Virus record (IMG/VR): IMGVR_UViG_3300037042_001212 | Coordinates: 16,528-80,527 of that record | From: a virus | Reading direction: 5' to 3' (one strand) | Length of the DNA: 64,000 nt | Part shown: positions 17,401 through 26,859 of the stretch, piece after piece | Position numbering within the stretch: the first letter of the stretch is position 1 | Layout: every line of letters begins with the position of its first letter | Made by a program: the position numbers and the translations under genes | Notes under the pieces: model-generated | What the model was told of the DNA's origin: nothing | The model's database searches: none | The model's input: only the letters and a program-made list of their open reading frames with translations

Positions 17401-19813
17401 TAAACATCTGATCACTGCGCTGCTCCGCAAACTTGCTAATATCCGTGGCGCGTTTGAGTGCGGCTGCTTTTTTCTTTTCTTGCTGCTCGGCTGAAACCTC
17501 CCCCTTCCCAGTGGTCGCCTCCAATACACCCAACAACCCTGATTCTGCTGGAGATAGCCCAGTTTTCTGCACAGTACTCTGCGCCGCAAGCTGCAGGCGT
17601 TTCAACTCCCCGATCGTGGCTTCCACCCCCATGAGGCGCTGCCCGTCTTCAGTAAGCATCCCGTTTTTAACCAGCTCTTTGTCCGGAAACTCCGTTATGC
17701 GTGCTTGGTTAAGCTCACGTAGACGCGTCTCGATTACTTGAAGCGCCTGTGCAGCTTGATCCGGCTTGGACAGGTCGAAGCTTGCGCGGGAGAGGCCCAG
17801 CAAAGACGCAACCTTCCCGGTTATTTTTCCCGAGTCAATTACTTTCTGCAGCTTGTCTAAGCGCTCCTGCATGGTGTCAAGATTGCCGACCTTGATCCCG
17901 CGCCCGAAGAGGATCGCTTTAAGCGGTTGCGTTCTGGAAAAGCTCTCCGCCCGCCCGCCGACCTGATCGATATCGGCCAACTCCTCTTGCTGGCGTTTGT
18001 ACTCCTCGTAACGCCGCACTTTATCTTGCTGCGCGGCGTCCAGCTGGTCCATGATCTCGTCCGCAAACAGGGTGTCTTGCTTCGGCTGCTGTTGAACCTG
18101 CGCCTGCGGGTTGCGCTCATCGAAGTCGATGTTTGTGCGGTCTGTGGCGGTGAGCATATCCAGCTCAGGCACACCAGCGAGAAGGTCCCCGCTCTGCGCC
18201 AAATCCTGCTTGAGTTTAACCACCTGCTTAGTAAGCTGACTAACTGCGGCTATATCGCCCTCTGTCTTGGCTTTCTCCATCTGCTTGTTCAGCGCTTTGA
18301 GCTTCTTCTCTGCTTGCTCACGCGACGAGCTGGGAGGTGCCTGCTTGATCAGCGCATCCACACGCACCAATTCCCGCGCAAGCGCTTCGTCTTTTTTGAG
18401 TATCGCGTCTATACCGTCGGAATCTTTTCCCGCCAGCGCGTTAGCCTGATCAGTGAGCGCATCCCTAGCATCTAACAGCTGCTGCCGACGCTGCGCCAAC
18501 GCTTCCGGGTCATTTAGTTCACTCTGCAGCCGTTGCATGTCGTTGCGCAGCTGCGAGGCCCGTTGTGTATCGCCGTTAGCCTCAGCCTCTTGCATCTGTT
18601 TGTAGAGCTGCTGCATGTTGCCCGCCACCGGCAGAGGTGTTGCCTCTCCACCAAACAGACGCCCTTGACCCTCGGGGGCGTACCCGGCCTCAACCGTGGC
18701 CTGCCGCTGCTGTTGGAGAGCTTGTTTTTGCTGCTCCGCAACAAAGGCCTGTTGCTGCGCAATTTGTGCTGCTCGCGCATCGCGTTGGTTACTCAGCTCC
18801 TGCAACTTGTCCCGTGCCGCGCTGCGACCAGAAATACCACCGGCAACGCCAAACACAGCGCCCGGGCCAGCCACGCCTACAGCCGTCGCCTCGTATTCTT
18901 TGCGGGCGTCTTCATCGAACAGGTTGAGCCCTGCTTGTGCCCTCTCCAAAACAGCTTGTGCAATCTCCGTCGGCATCTCGACCGCGACACCCTTCGCAGC
19001 GCCCGTCGCCCCGGTGCGCAGCAAGCTTGCCTGCGCGGTGCGGGCCAGCACCTCTTCTGCTTTTTTGATGCCTACTTTCTCAGCAATACCTTCCAGAGTC
19101 TTGGTGAGGGTAGCGCCCATGCCCAGCTTGCCCAGCACAAACAGCGTGCTGATCGCATCCACCCCGGCTTGAGGCACCGCTGCTGCCGTCGCGATGCCGT
19201 AGTCCAGCGCTTCTTTTTTACCCGCTTTCTCTTGCTCGTCGGCCTGCCGCTTGACGTTGGAGCCGATGAAGCCCGGGATGCTTGCGCCGAGAGCGCCCAG
19301 TGCGCCACCAACCAGAGGTGCAACAGGGGCTGCTGGGCCAAGGAAGGGTGATGCCAGCGCACCCGCTCCAGCGCCAAGCCGCGCTCCAGCTATCGTAGCG
19401 CCCATCTGCGGTAACGACTCACCTAGCTGCCCACGCCACATGCGCATGAGCTGGCTCAACCCACCGCGCTGTTCTTCCTTCTCGCCACCAAACACGCCGT
19501 ATTTGGCAGCGGCTTCCTTTACCTCTTCATAGTTTGGCGTCTTCGATGTTTCCATCTGCCGCGCCTGATCTTGTGCGATCATGCGGCGGGTTTGATCGTC
19601 TGACATGCCGAGGAGCGGTGCCGCAGCTGTCGCCACGTTGGAGGCCAGCCCCATCGCTCCCGATTTGATGCTGGGGATCAGACCTTCCTCGGCCTTGCGA
19701 GTGTCAGCGAACTCTTTGGGAAACTTGCTTTTGGCGAGATCAAGCGCCTCTTCGTCAGACAGACCTTCAGGGACTTTGATCAGCTTACCGCTGAGAGCAC
19801 GAATGAACGGCAT
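11405..19813 (-). CDS. large polyvalent / ejected internal virion protein (2802 aa) with zincin-like motif and C-terminal LPD38-like region
   Basis: Gly/Ala-rich hydrophobic N-terminus, long coiled coils, TIAHELIGHYG, KIPIPFEYGLLFKAIPE; last gene of the virion module. Confidence 0.75.
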   Translation of the reverse strand: MPFIRALSGKLIKVPEGLSDEEALDLAKSKFPKEFADTRKAEEGLIPSIKSGAMGLASNVATAAAPLLGMSDDQTRRMIAQDQARQMETSKTPNYEEVKEAAAKYGVFGGEKEEQRGGLSQLMRMWRGQLGESLPQMGATIAGARLGAGAGALASPFLGPAAPVAPLVGGALGALGASIPGFIGSNVKRQADEQEKAGKKEALDYGIATAAAVPQAGVDAISTLFVLGKLGMGATLTKTLEGIAEKVGIKKAEEVLARTAQASLLRTGATGAAKGVAVEMPTEIAQAVLERAQAGLNLFDEDARKEYEATAVGVAGPGAVFGVAGGISGRSAARDKLQELSNQRDARAAQIAQQQAFVAEQQKQALQQQRQATVEAGYAPEGQGRLFGGEATPLPVAGNMQQLYKQMQEAEANGDTQRASQLRNDMQRLQSELNDPEALAQRRQQLLDARDALTDQANALAGKDSDGIDAILKKDEALARELVRVDALIKQAPPSSSREQAEKKLKALNKQMEKAKTEGDIAAVSQLTKQVVKLKQDLAQSGDLLAGVPELDMLTATDRTNIDFDERNPQAQVQQQPKQDTLFADEIMDQLDAAQQDKVRRYEEYKRQQEELADIDQVGGRAESFSRTQPLKAILFGRGIKVGNLDTMQERLDKLQKVIDSGKITGKVASLLGLSRASFDLSKPDQAAQALQVIETRLRELNQARITEFPDKELVKNGMLTEDGQRLMGVEATIGELKRLQLAAQSTVQKTGLSPAESGLLGVLEATTGKGEVSAEQQEKKKAAALKRATDISKFAEQRSDQMFNWGNEIDSLRKGDNVGDVSRRAAELRAEQIALLAKMEAAKRVEQTGVQMSIPAQERLEQEVKLWLSRITKNAKPGEPEGALQNELRDKLGVKQGAIDRGMTITDTKTGELARLQQGVDRLILRAVEKYKREKPKKQKGPFGLTQQSAAVLSDRYDAQQAAAVPEEAPEPDLSGKQREMFPGSVTEVTKKKQAVEKRTATVESKKQAKLEETKALLQKVATEKEKKKRRLERRALMADIRQKLRAEQKEVSKRNAKERLASLVTLKDKLENEIAKAKADAEAERLAPLAESVLANIEYADGLEPEQRDRLTRQVLKESQKSKIKLKSFDSLSKLTSVQLSGETKQYLRGLDAQLNAVNALITKTQAEVATADKREKATAALQEKQKPKQFVPAGQVITPEDSRPPAKKVTPEEQADRDAMTNIRERVETQEAFVAEAEETIDAEIKRIDDILAEDFSDTLKGRGYARQDLELLADMEFAAGLSDADIAKLKTEARINIRYANAYRKVVSLESFRQKLRKENAVLQKAKADLKPFKEQLKALQKKEASIAQEQRVKALRARVLKSLDAVAASMQRTKEAQVAETRRVEDILADIAQGSIKGSEGLRGVPKKTLTLKEEQEVTDLEDQLRKLDPKKRPAAALRRRIKELKRTIGVVYQQKSLEGPSDLSEIEAGQTDIETGTTAKERAKEAAQEEILLKLRRQRAALAAKVTKAIEDRRLGTNENVKARTADVEKTTETLESAKKGAAEVASFGETASSKAWAEAGKVRQREAELLSAKKALERAKEVRALLGRGAETLAKMTKTLSDAGFGISSNAKKSEALQARVVRETIFAENRQGKRTPAPLKTGLPGYTPEFTTDRDTVDQAGLGQQRRAADDGVDFRDATDADTGVDLAEAQAIADRVKAALPEGVDFIYAPTLADAPAAFQEAVAASGRKAAKGAVMPDGRVVVIGEAHSSPKDVEETIAHELIGHYGADMVLGPEGMKAMVADMTKKGLDHIAEVATGLGLFPDVTTARMAMPTKPNEQVMTVLVREMIAHAAEGRRVAPRFAEKVKTFIRDVISKVRGFFRNAGLSNLAKADTKAIQKILNDAERALSRGRLGIYKSPDGQIVFRSATSKPEGMSDDAWELTNALVGSDGKRWQDQTKAKLLGIAATTAFDSKAPVKMAAEIGVKKGLISDMEAVQNIYTLSQHGKVTNHTLDTVQNGPRELVYKEQDGEKYWQVTRKEGKDVPTLLKVFASLDKSGFTPEQYDSLFTLFLASKRIKNEGVGIAKLSYRKDKNGNLLVTEEKLTKFEKEIASNKKVSDAFEEARRIYNAYNEGLINFAVQAGALSKELAAVLKAKKDFIPFYREKNGEFELVFDDGSTPISIGNIKDQPYLHELVGGDQRILPIFQSAVQNTRMLTDMALRNLATKDTAMLLSKLGMTETYTSKKKPDQKNTIFKGMGSAGPNILRFKLDGEDVYIKVKTEGTIFEEIPAELLVKGMEGIKTTFPPTLRLLGLPAKLLRHFIVLSPIYPIRSIIRESLSAWGTSGADFTPILDPIKNLAKAVSKKSETVEKLQREGLGGGQLLSGISGNEEMAKILRSISSGKTTWNTALAWLEATSMLSDTAIRATAYDSFIKQKLNPVRAWVATNEIMDYNRKGTSPMIYIANTMYPFFATQLQGLSIMYRAMSGRMPMNDRLKIQDKFIRRGLTLGAMTLAYAAMMQDDEAYQNASPEARLANWFVRIPGVDAPLKIPIPFEYGLLFKAIPEAIYHAAFSKEDFAPVGKALAKMAANSIPGAGSYFMPQIAKPIISQATGVDLFTGANVETPAMQKLDPAERYKEGTTELAKMLGAGANISPARIDQFIKDIGSGTLLSLVSLANPLLAGDNPPSASMKPSKYPLVGGMFQPTDAGAVIDRVYEKMEEAVQAKNTYTKLLEEKREDKAEAYLNANIDRIMLADSEPNFKDAMKQLTDYEKAIRADEEMLPSEKREKLDEIRRQKIETAKAYRDALREAA

Positions 19814-19824
19814 GGACAGTCCTC

Positions 19825-22368
19825 TTACTTTGTTGCGTCGAAGTAGCTACCTGCAGCAGCGTCGGGGATTTGAATGCTTGTTGGCGCTGCTGAGGCAAAA
19901 GAGTAACCCTCCGGTGATAGAGACGTAAGCTCCTCTTGGTATGCACGGTTCTGTAGTTCCGCCACGCCCACTCCGGGGTTCTTCTTCTTGTAGTCCATCA
20001 GCCATTGCATATTCTTAAAGTTTTTGGCTACGTTGTCTTTTGCTTTGTCCTTGATAGCCGATTCTTGAGCAGACGTTAAACGTCCTTTACCCTCTGCCCG
20101 AGCCATTCCGGTATCACGAAGCATAGCCGTATGCGCCGCCTGCGCTTTCTCCGTAGCCCGGTTGTGGCGCTGCTGCTCGGTTAGTTGTGTGCCTTGTAGT
20201 GCAACCATTGCCTCGCGATACACCGTCTGCGCAGCCAGCTCCGCCGCCTTTATCTTCCGATCCTGCGACTGGCCCATCAACTTGGAGCCCAGCTCGAAGT
20301 CACCCTGTTTGAAGGCCAAGTCCGCCTTGGCCATATCCATCCGTGACTTGTCCAAGTCTTTTTCAAACCCGCGCTTCTCCTTGCCGTATGCAGCTCCGGT
20401 CTCACCAGCGGCACCGAAGGCGGCACCAAGCGATTCGATACCCCCTCGACCGCGTTTACCCAGTTCAGCGGCAGCACGCAAGGCAGCTACGCCACGCGAT
20501 TCGTCCCGCAGTGCAGCAAGACCTGTCTCGCCCTTTGTCTGCGACTCCTGCTCCGCTCTGCGCAGTGCTTCACGTTCGGACTTCGTATAGGTGCCCGCCT
20601 GCTCAGCGAACCGCTTGAGCATGTCCTCATCGGATTCTTGCGCAGCACGAGACAACCCCGGGGCCATTCCCTGAACCGACGACGGGCCGTCTGCGGCAGC
20701 ATCCGGTTCGCCACCTGAAGACGGTATCAGTGCAGCGATACCCGGTTTGCTGACAGGAGCGCGTGGAGCGTTATTACGTGGGGCGTTTCTACCCTGCGCC
20801 GGAGTAGCCGCAACGTCTGCAGCCGTAGGCTCGGGTAAACCCCCTTGAACATCCATATTCCCCTCCCCGGGGATAACTCGCAGCCCAGTCGAAGACTCTT
20901 GAAACAAAGAGGCGGGGTCTTGTTCCGGGGGCGGGCCCATCGGATACCCAAACTCGGGATAGGGCAGGGGCTTACCCGCCTTCGCCGCAATTTCATTCTG
21001 TTTCTGGCGTGTAATACGTTCGGCCCGTTGCATGGGGTTAAGCGTGGCGGGCTCTCCGGTCAAGTATCGACCTGTCCTGCCGCCAACCTGATACCGACGT
21101 ATTTCTCCGCCCTCAAACATCGCGACGGGCTCTTCTTCACCGGCAATCCCACCATCTGGGATGTCCATGTTTTCAACCGGAACGGCTTCAAGGCCAGCCT
21201 GTGCAACTTGTTGCTGCAAGACGGACGGCTGGTTCGCTTCAGACTGCGCAGCCATGCCGTCTTGCGCAACTTGTGTTTTCTTCTTGAGGGTGTGCGCCAG
21301 CATGGCCGAGGTCACATCCACCGGCCCCGGTTCCCCGCGCATAATTGCTTCGAGGCGAGCCATTGGCATCGTAAGCGCAAGTTCGTATTGCTGCTGCGGA
21401 GAGGTACCACCAACGATACCACCAACGGCGTAGCCCTTAATTTCACCGCCATCCTTAGCACCAAACAGCTTGGACGTGCCATACGCGCCCAGACCAAGTG
21501 AGGCTATTTGATTTGCGGCGGTTGCTGGGGCCTGATACTGATACATCGTCTGGTTCGGGCTCACGGGGACACCACGGAGGAGTGAACTGTAGAACTGAAG
21601 CTGTGACTGCGGGAACGTCTGCTGCTGCATGAAGTCTTCGTAACGCCTGTTGAGGACGTCCTGCGACTGCGCTTGCTGCGTTGCACCAGCCGCTTGTTGA
21701 GCCTGAGCTGCAGCTGCCTGTTGACCAAACGCCGTCTGACCCAGTTGACCGAACTGCTGGCCCATCTGGCCAGCCAGCCCCAGACCTTGAAGCCCAAGCT
21801 GGGAGCCAAACTGCAGGTTCTTGTTGGCTTGTTCAAACGCTCGTTGTGAGCCTTGGGCTTGAATGTCGCCAAGCGTGTTCTGCAGGTTGCGCTGGGCTTC
21901 CGACTCCACGATCGCCTGACGAGAACCACCAAAGGCCCCTGCGCGGGATGCCGCCGCTTGTTGACCCGGGAGCTGCCGACCGTAGTCGTCAACGGCTTGC
22001 GTCTTCTGAAAGTCCACCACGTTCTGCATGTAGGGCGACATGTAGGCTTGCATGGAGCCGGGGGACGTTGCCTGCTGTGCGTAGTTCTGACCTGCGCCAA
22101 GAGCACCAAGCCCAGCCGCGCCTGTCATTCCAGCAGCTGGTGCGTTTAGCGCAGAAGGGCCGAGGCCCTGAACCCCCTGAAACCCCTGCTGCTGCAACGG
22201 GCTGAACCCCGCAGTTCGCTCCCCACCATACGGCTGGTACTGCACTTGCGAGGCCGTTTGGCCGCGCTGCATGAGGTCCTCAAAATAAGGACGTGCATAC
22301 TCCGGCAGGTTGCTCTGGTTTACCTGCGAAGTGGTTGGTGCCGGTGATCCGCCGCCGCCTTTACCCAT
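19825..22368 (-). CDS. putative DNA ejection / internal virion protein
   Basis: Q/G/A-rich N-terminus with GAFGGSRQAI; position next to a GNAT-like gene and the large ejected protein. Confidence 0.65.
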   Translation of the reverse strand: MGKGGGGSPAPTTSQVNQSNLPEYARPYFEDLMQRGQTASQVQYQPYGGERTAGFSPLQQQGFQGVQGLGPSALNAPAAGMTGAAGLGALGAGQNYAQQATSPGSMQAYMSPYMQNVVDFQKTQAVDDYGRQLPGQQAAASRAGAFGGSRQAIVESEAQRNLQNTLGDIQAQGSQRAFEQANKNLQFGSQLGLQGLGLAGQMGQQFGQLGQTAFGQQAAAAQAQQAAGATQQAQSQDVLNRRYEDFMQQQTFPQSQLQFYSSLLRGVPVSPNQTMYQYQAPATAANQIASLGLGAYGTSKLFGAKDGGEIKGYAVGGIVGGTSPQQQYELALTMPMARLEAIMRGEPGPVDVTSAMLAHTLKKKTQVAQDGMAAQSEANQPSVLQQQVAQAGLEAVPVENMDIPDGGIAGEEEPVAMFEGGEIRRYQVGGRTGRYLTGEPATLNPMQRAERITRQKQNEIAAKAGKPLPYPEFGYPMGPPPEQDPASLFQESSTGLRVIPGEGNMDVQGGLPEPTAADVAATPAQGRNAPRNNAPRAPVSKPGIAALIPSSGGEPDAAADGPSSVQGMAPGLSRAAQESDEDMLKRFAEQAGTYTKSEREALRRAEQESQTKGETGLAALRDESRGVAALRAAAELGKRGRGGIESLGAAFGAAGETGAAYGKEKRGFEKDLDKSRMDMAKADLAFKQGDFELGSKLMGQSQDRKIKAAELAAQTVYREAMVALQGTQLTEQQRHNRATEKAQAAHTAMLRDTGMARAEGKGRLTSAQESAIKDKAKDNVAKNFKNMQWLMDYKKKNPGVGVAELQNRAYQEELTSLSPEGYSFASAAPTSIQIPDAAAGSYFDATK

Positions 22369-22792
22369 TGCTATCTCCTAGTGGTAACTCACAGGTTACC
22401 CATCGAAAGTTATTGCCGTCACCGGCGAAGATTTTGGCCCAGCCTTTGCGCCCTGTGAATTCAATGGCGTCGCACTGCGTATCCGTAGCCCAGCGGCGCA
22501 GTATCGCCAGCATGGGTTCTTTCCATCGTTCAAGCTCTTCACCCCCACAAAAGTGCATATTCAGCACCCGCTTGTTGGGGTATTCAGTGAACCCGGTCAC
22601 CACAGCGCCATAGTAGGTCGGACCGTCGTCGAAGGCAACCCACAGGTGATGATCATCCCGCTGTGTTACAAGGTCAAAAATGTCCTCGTCGTGGAACCGC
22701 CCGTGAGTCTGCTTCGCCGCCATCTCCATGTAGGGCTTAACATACTCCCAGCAGCTATGGACGTGCCCCGGTGGCACCATACTTACTTTCAT
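22361..22792 (-). CDS. GNAT-fold-like protein of the podovirus ejection-gene cluster
   Basis: LNMHFCGG...CDAIEFTGRKGWAK pattern; position. Confidence 0.55.
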   Translation of the reverse strand: MKVSMVPPGHVHSCWEYVKPYMEMAAKQTHGRFHDEDIFDLVTQRDDHHLWVAFDDGPTYYGAVVTGFTEYPNKRVLNMHFCGGEELERWKEPMLAILRRWATDTQCDAIEFTGRKGWAKIFAGDGNNFRWVTCELPLGDSNG

Positions 22793-24018
22793 GCGGCACG
22801 GCGCTTCGCGTCTTGCTCGGCTTGGCGCATCAGGGCATACAACCGCTTCGCCCCGCCAGCCTGTTTGACACGTTTCCTCGGTACATAAGCTTCGCCGTTG
22901 GACACTTTGGCAGGCCGCACCCCGTCGATCGTCGTTGGAATAGAGTCGCTGGTACCAGTTCCCGGGCCCCTGATGGGGATCGCCCCAAGACCGGCAGCAG
23001 CTTCACGTTGCCCACCCATGCCATCCACCGCCTTCTTGGTGAGAACGAAACCGCCATCCTCGAGCTCCGGCACGGAGTGCATCTCACCACCCTTGGCAGC
23101 ATAGGTTGGCTGCAGGGTGCCGTAGTCAGTGAAAAGGTTACGCTCGGGGTCGTAGGGCCGACGGACAGGGCCGGAGAGTCTGGCTGTTGAACGCGGTTCC
23201 TGCGGCATCTCGGGGAGTCCGGGCTGGTCAAACGCACCTACCATGCCAAGAGCGCCAAGACCCGCAGCACCCTTGCTCATGCCGGTTGGGAACTGCTGGC
23301 CGAGGGCATCCGTGAAGGATGGTTTGGAGTAGGTTTCCATCCCCGGGCTGCGAGCACCAATAGCCCCGTCAATAGCGTATGGATCGACGGCTGTGGCGGC
23401 AGGTTGGGCCAAAGTAGGCACACTGGCCAAATTCGGGTTTGTGGACATTGCGTTGGTGATGCCAGATGTGCGGGCGGCGGATTCAGCTGCGTTCAACGCT
23501 TCAATCTGGGAGGCGTTACCCCCCGAGAGCCCGACATCAGCCATCCCAGCACCAGCAGCCTCAGTACCCCCAAACAACCCTGACTGCATACCCGCACCCA
23601 TACCGCCGCCGACGCCGTAGCCACCAAGCCCACCCATCAACGCACCCTGTAACCGGTTCTCTTTGTTGGTTAGCGCCCCTGTCGCGGCTCCAGCCAGAGC
23701 CCCTGTTTGTGCGGCAGTCAACCCCATAAGTCCTGCTGTACCAGCAGCACCAGTAACAGCACCCGCAGCAGCAGCACCCGGAGCAGCAGCTAAAGCAGCG
23801 CCACCCGTAAAATAGACCGCAGCCGCAGCCGCGATAGCGGGGAGGATGTTCTTCAGGAACCCAGCCTCTGCAAGTCCGGTATGTGGGTTGATGGTCAAAG
23901 AGCCGCCGTGAGCGAGCGCAATAGCTTGAAGACCTCGCACCTCGCCGGGGGTCATGTGAACAAGCATTTTGTCTTCGCCACGACCGAGGGCGGCAAGTCC
24001 GGCAGCAGTTCGTTTCAT
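22789..24018 (-). CDS. putative ejection / pilot protein
   Basis: GRGEDKMLVHM..GE, LTINPHTGLAEAGF, Gly/Ala hydrophobic stretch, GPGTGTSDSIP...SNGE motif. Confidence 0.65.
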   Translation of the reverse strand: MKRTAAGLAALGRGEDKMLVHMTPGEVRGLQAIALAHGGSLTINPHTGLAEAGFLKNILPAIAAAAAVYFTGGAALAAAPGAAAAGAVTGAAGTAGLMGLTAAQTGALAGAATGALTNKENRLQGALMGGLGGYGVGGGMGAGMQSGLFGGTEAAGAGMADVGLSGGNASQIEALNAAESAARTSGITNAMSTNPNLASVPTLAQPAATAVDPYAIDGAIGARSPGMETYSKPSFTDALGQQFPTGMSKGAAGLGALGMVGAFDQPGLPEMPQEPRSTARLSGPVRRPYDPERNLFTDYGTLQPTYAAKGGEMHSVPELEDGGFVLTKKAVDGMGGQREAAAGLGAIPIRGPGTGTSDSIPTTIDGVRPAKVSNGEAYVPRKRVKQAGGAKRLYALMRQAEQDAKRRAA

Positions 24019-24048
24019 AGGTAAACCCTCAAGATTTTTAACATATTA

Positions 24049-24702
24049 TCACGCGTAGATACTCGAAACCACATCCGAAACCCGGGTGGCAGTTAGGATC
24101 ACCGAAGGCACAGCTGGACGGGTTGGGCTTGTGCCTGCAACGTAGTGTTCGATCCGAGCGTCAACGCTTGTGGTATTCCACATCAGCTGGATGTAGTCGG
24201 CAGCTTGAACGGTAACCAAGAAATTCAGAGCCGCAACGATGTGGTACGGATCACCGACTCCTTTTCTGGCGGCAAGGCCAAACCGGCTGTTTGAGTTGGC
24301 GATGTCCGTCCCGTTCTTCCGGAACCAGATGTCAATGTCCTGCGGAGCAGTTGATAGGCTAGACAGTTGTATGCTGAACTGAATGTTGTATACCCCGGCA
24401 TCTGCAAAGGTAAGCTGCGAGGAACTTGCAATCGATACCCCCTGCGAGATATCAGTGGTGTTCAGCGTTATTGCATAGGCCACCGTGGTGCTGACAGCGG
24501 TCTGATCCGTGGTGTCGTAGAACGACCCGTAGGAAAACGTCAGGTAGTCTCCACCTTTCGGGCCAAATACCGCCTGCAACGCATTGTCCAGCGTGTTGAA
24601 GTAGACCCGAAGCTCCCGGTAGGTCTGGTCGTAGTAACGCGCCTCATACTCCTGCGGCGCATTGATTAGGTTTGGAGCCTTGGTGGCGCGGAGGACAGCC
24701 AT
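24049..24702 (-). CDS. virion structural protein
   Basis: Beta-rich C-terminal domain (GVYNIQFSIQL); follows the nozzle-like gene. Confidence 0.55.
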   Translation of the reverse strand: MAVLRATKAPNLINAPQEYEARYYDQTYRELRVYFNTLDNALQAVFGPKGGDYLTFSYGSFYDTTDQTAVSTTVAYAITLNTTDISQGVSIASSSQLTFADAGVYNIQFSIQLSSLSTAPQDIDIWFRKNGTDIANSNSRFGLAARKGVGDPYHIVAALNFLVTVQAADYIQLMWNTTSVDARIEHYVAGTSPTRPAVPSVILTATRVSDVVSSIYA

Positions 24703-26849
24703 TACTTGCGACCGTCAGGGCGAATATCTACACGCGGCACACCCAGTTGCCATGCCACACCCTGCTCCGTTGACCTGATCTCAAACGACATCTGACGGCC
24801 CCGCACCCTCGTGTAGACCTGACCCGTGTATTGCTGCACGGCGTATACCCGCTCTGTGTTGTAACTCTGGGCGCTGGTGACATCCGGCGAGCTTGGTGTT
24901 CCATATGCCGAGCCTGAGAACTGCCGGGGTTTGCATACCATCGTCACTGCGGGGTAGTTCGGTGCCGGAGTTGTAGAGCCGTCGAACGTCAGGTCGGGGA
25001 TAATCCGCCAGACAAACCCAAAGTTGTGGCCATCACCAATGTCAAAGTCCGAAGAACTGACATACGCCTCAATCGGGACGGCGGTGGGGGTAGTCAAGTC
25101 ATCGTTGCCAGACTCGTGGAACATAACCTGATTAGGTATCACCAACCCTGCCGTTGAGTAGGCAACATGGGAGGCAGCGGTAGTGCTGTTTAAACCGCGA
25201 GTACAGCCGCTTAAAGCCGTGGTCGTCCGGCTGGTGTAAGAGATTTGCTCGCTATCAATGAGCACAACACCAACGTATGGGTAGGAGGCGCAGTCAATGA
25301 CGTTCAGCGTGGTATCCGTGGATAGAGCTGCGGCGGACAGGTAGGTCGTCCGGACACTGAACGAAGCCATCGGGCGCTGACGCAGGGGAGAGTCCAGCCA
25401 CGCTGCTCGGTTCATTAGGCCGTAATACCACGCGTTGTCGAGGTAGTTGTAGATGACGTAACTATCATTCACATTGCTGCCAGCGGAAGGGTAGTGCCAC
25501 CAGACCTCACTGTATTGCTCGTTGCCACCGGCAATCACCTGAAAGCTCTGGTCGAAGTTGAAGTTGTCAAAGACGTATTGCCGCACTGTGCAGGGGAGCG
25601 TTTGGACACGACCGTCGTACATATAGAACTTGTCCACACCCATCCAGAACATCAGGTTGCTCGCGCCCACTACTGCGTTGGGGGAAGCAATTGATATCCC
25701 ATCCATTAGCAGGTTCACACCCCAGACATAGGGTGGCCCAAGATACTGCATGGAGTAGATGGCACTGTCAGACCAGACCACAAACTCCTGCCGACCATGC
25801 CTTCCCGTGACCAACTGGGAGCCGTGCGAGAAGCGAAGCTCACCAGCCTGATTGTCCGCAGCAGGAACCCACTGGTAGATGTTCTCTTGGTCAGACCAGC
25901 GCACCAACATAGGGTCAAAAGTTGTCTCAGCGTCCAATGGATCATATGGGTTAGCGCCGATACAAATACCAAAACGCTGAACACCGGAAGTATGAATCTC
26001 GTAAACCCTGTTGGGGACAAACGTACCGCCGTAACCTGCTGCGGTAGCAAGACTCTCCAGCGTTACCGCCCGAGGCGGTGCGGTAGTTGTATCCGCAGCC
26101 CAGTAGTAGATAGCGCCTTCCCGGATAGCTGATATCAAGTCCTGCCCGTAGTTATCGAGCGACCACAGACGTAGCTGAGTTGTTTCTTGAACAATGGCAG
26201 TCCCGGAATACTCTTCGCCCCAGCCATCTCGACTCCACGGGCCGGTGCCCCAGCCTGTGCCAACCGATGCAACCGAGTTGCCGGAGTTCACCTGATAGGC
26301 GGCGCTCACTACAGCACCACCACCAGAACCAGTTGCGGCGGCGGCGGTCGGGAGGATGATCTGGTAGCTGTTCGCATTAACAACAACGACCACCTCAAAC
26401 TCAGCGTTGAAGGCGGTGTAGTTTGCCCCGGTTGCGCCAGAGAACGTCACATAAGTGCCGACGGTTACGCCGTGCGCGGTGTCTGTTACGACTGCCAGCT
26501 TGGAGCCGTTGGTTATAGCAAATGGGTTGTTGTTGATCGTGCTGGTGTCCCGGATCGGGGTGATGTCATAGTAAGCCCCGCCATTCTCGACGTAGAGCTT
26601 CTGTTCCGTCCCCAGAGCCAGCAGGTTGCTACTGTTCAGTGTGATCCAGTTCCACAGGTTACGGCACACACCTTTAAACGTGTTGGCCGTGCCCGACACG
26701 AAAGCCGCGAAGTTCTGCCAGCCACCGATCTTCTCCGGGAACCCAGAGCGGAAGCGAATCTTGTCCCCGTCGTACCAACCCCCCTCACCGGCGTAGTTGG
26801 TGTTCTCTCTGTTGATCCCGGGCTTGAACTGGAGTTTGGATAATGGCAC
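24702..26849 (-). CDS. tail nozzle / packaged-DNA stabilisation protein (P22 gp10-like, beta-propeller type)
   Basis: 715 aa; KLQFKPGINRE, VRWSDQE, RVRGRQMS...DGRK terminus. Confidence 0.65.
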   Translation of the reverse strand: MPLSKLQFKPGINRENTNYAGEGGWYDGDKIRFRSGFPEKIGGWQNFAAFVSGTANTFKGVCRNLWNWITLNSSNLLALGTEQKLYVENGGAYYDITPIRDTSTINNNPFAITNGSKLAVVTDTAHGVTVGTYVTFSGATGANYTAFNAEFEVVVVVNANSYQIILPTAAAATGSGGGAVVSAAYQVNSGNSVASVGTGWGTGPWSRDGWGEEYSGTAIVQETTQLRLWSLDNYGQDLISAIREGAIYYWAADTTTAPPRAVTLESLATAAGYGGTFVPNRVYEIHTSGVQRFGICIGANPYDPLDAETTFDPMLVRWSDQENIYQWVPAADNQAGELRFSHGSQLVTGRHGRQEFVVWSDSAIYSMQYLGPPYVWGVNLLMDGISIASPNAVVGASNLMFWMGVDKFYMYDGRVQTLPCTVRQYVFDNFNFDQSFQVIAGGNEQYSEVWWHYPSAGSNVNDSYVIYNYLDNAWYYGLMNRAAWLDSPLRQRPMASFSVRTTYLSAAALSTDTTLNVIDCASYPYVGVVLIDSEQISYTSRTTTALSGCTRGLNSTTAASHVAYSTAGLVIPNQVMFHESGNDDLTTPTAVPIEAYVSSSDFDIGDGHNFGFVWRIIPDLTFDGSTTPAPNYPAVTMVCKPRQFSGSAYGTPSSPDVTSAQSYNTERVYAVQQYTGQVYTRVRGRQMSFEIRSTEQGVAWQLGVPRVDIRPDGRK

Positions 26850-26859
26850 GTTTAAACTC

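Noticed and set aside
11405-19813. N4-like virion RNA polymerase
   Set aside because: The size is suggestive, but I could not find single-subunit RNAP catalytic motifs; not supported without a structure search.
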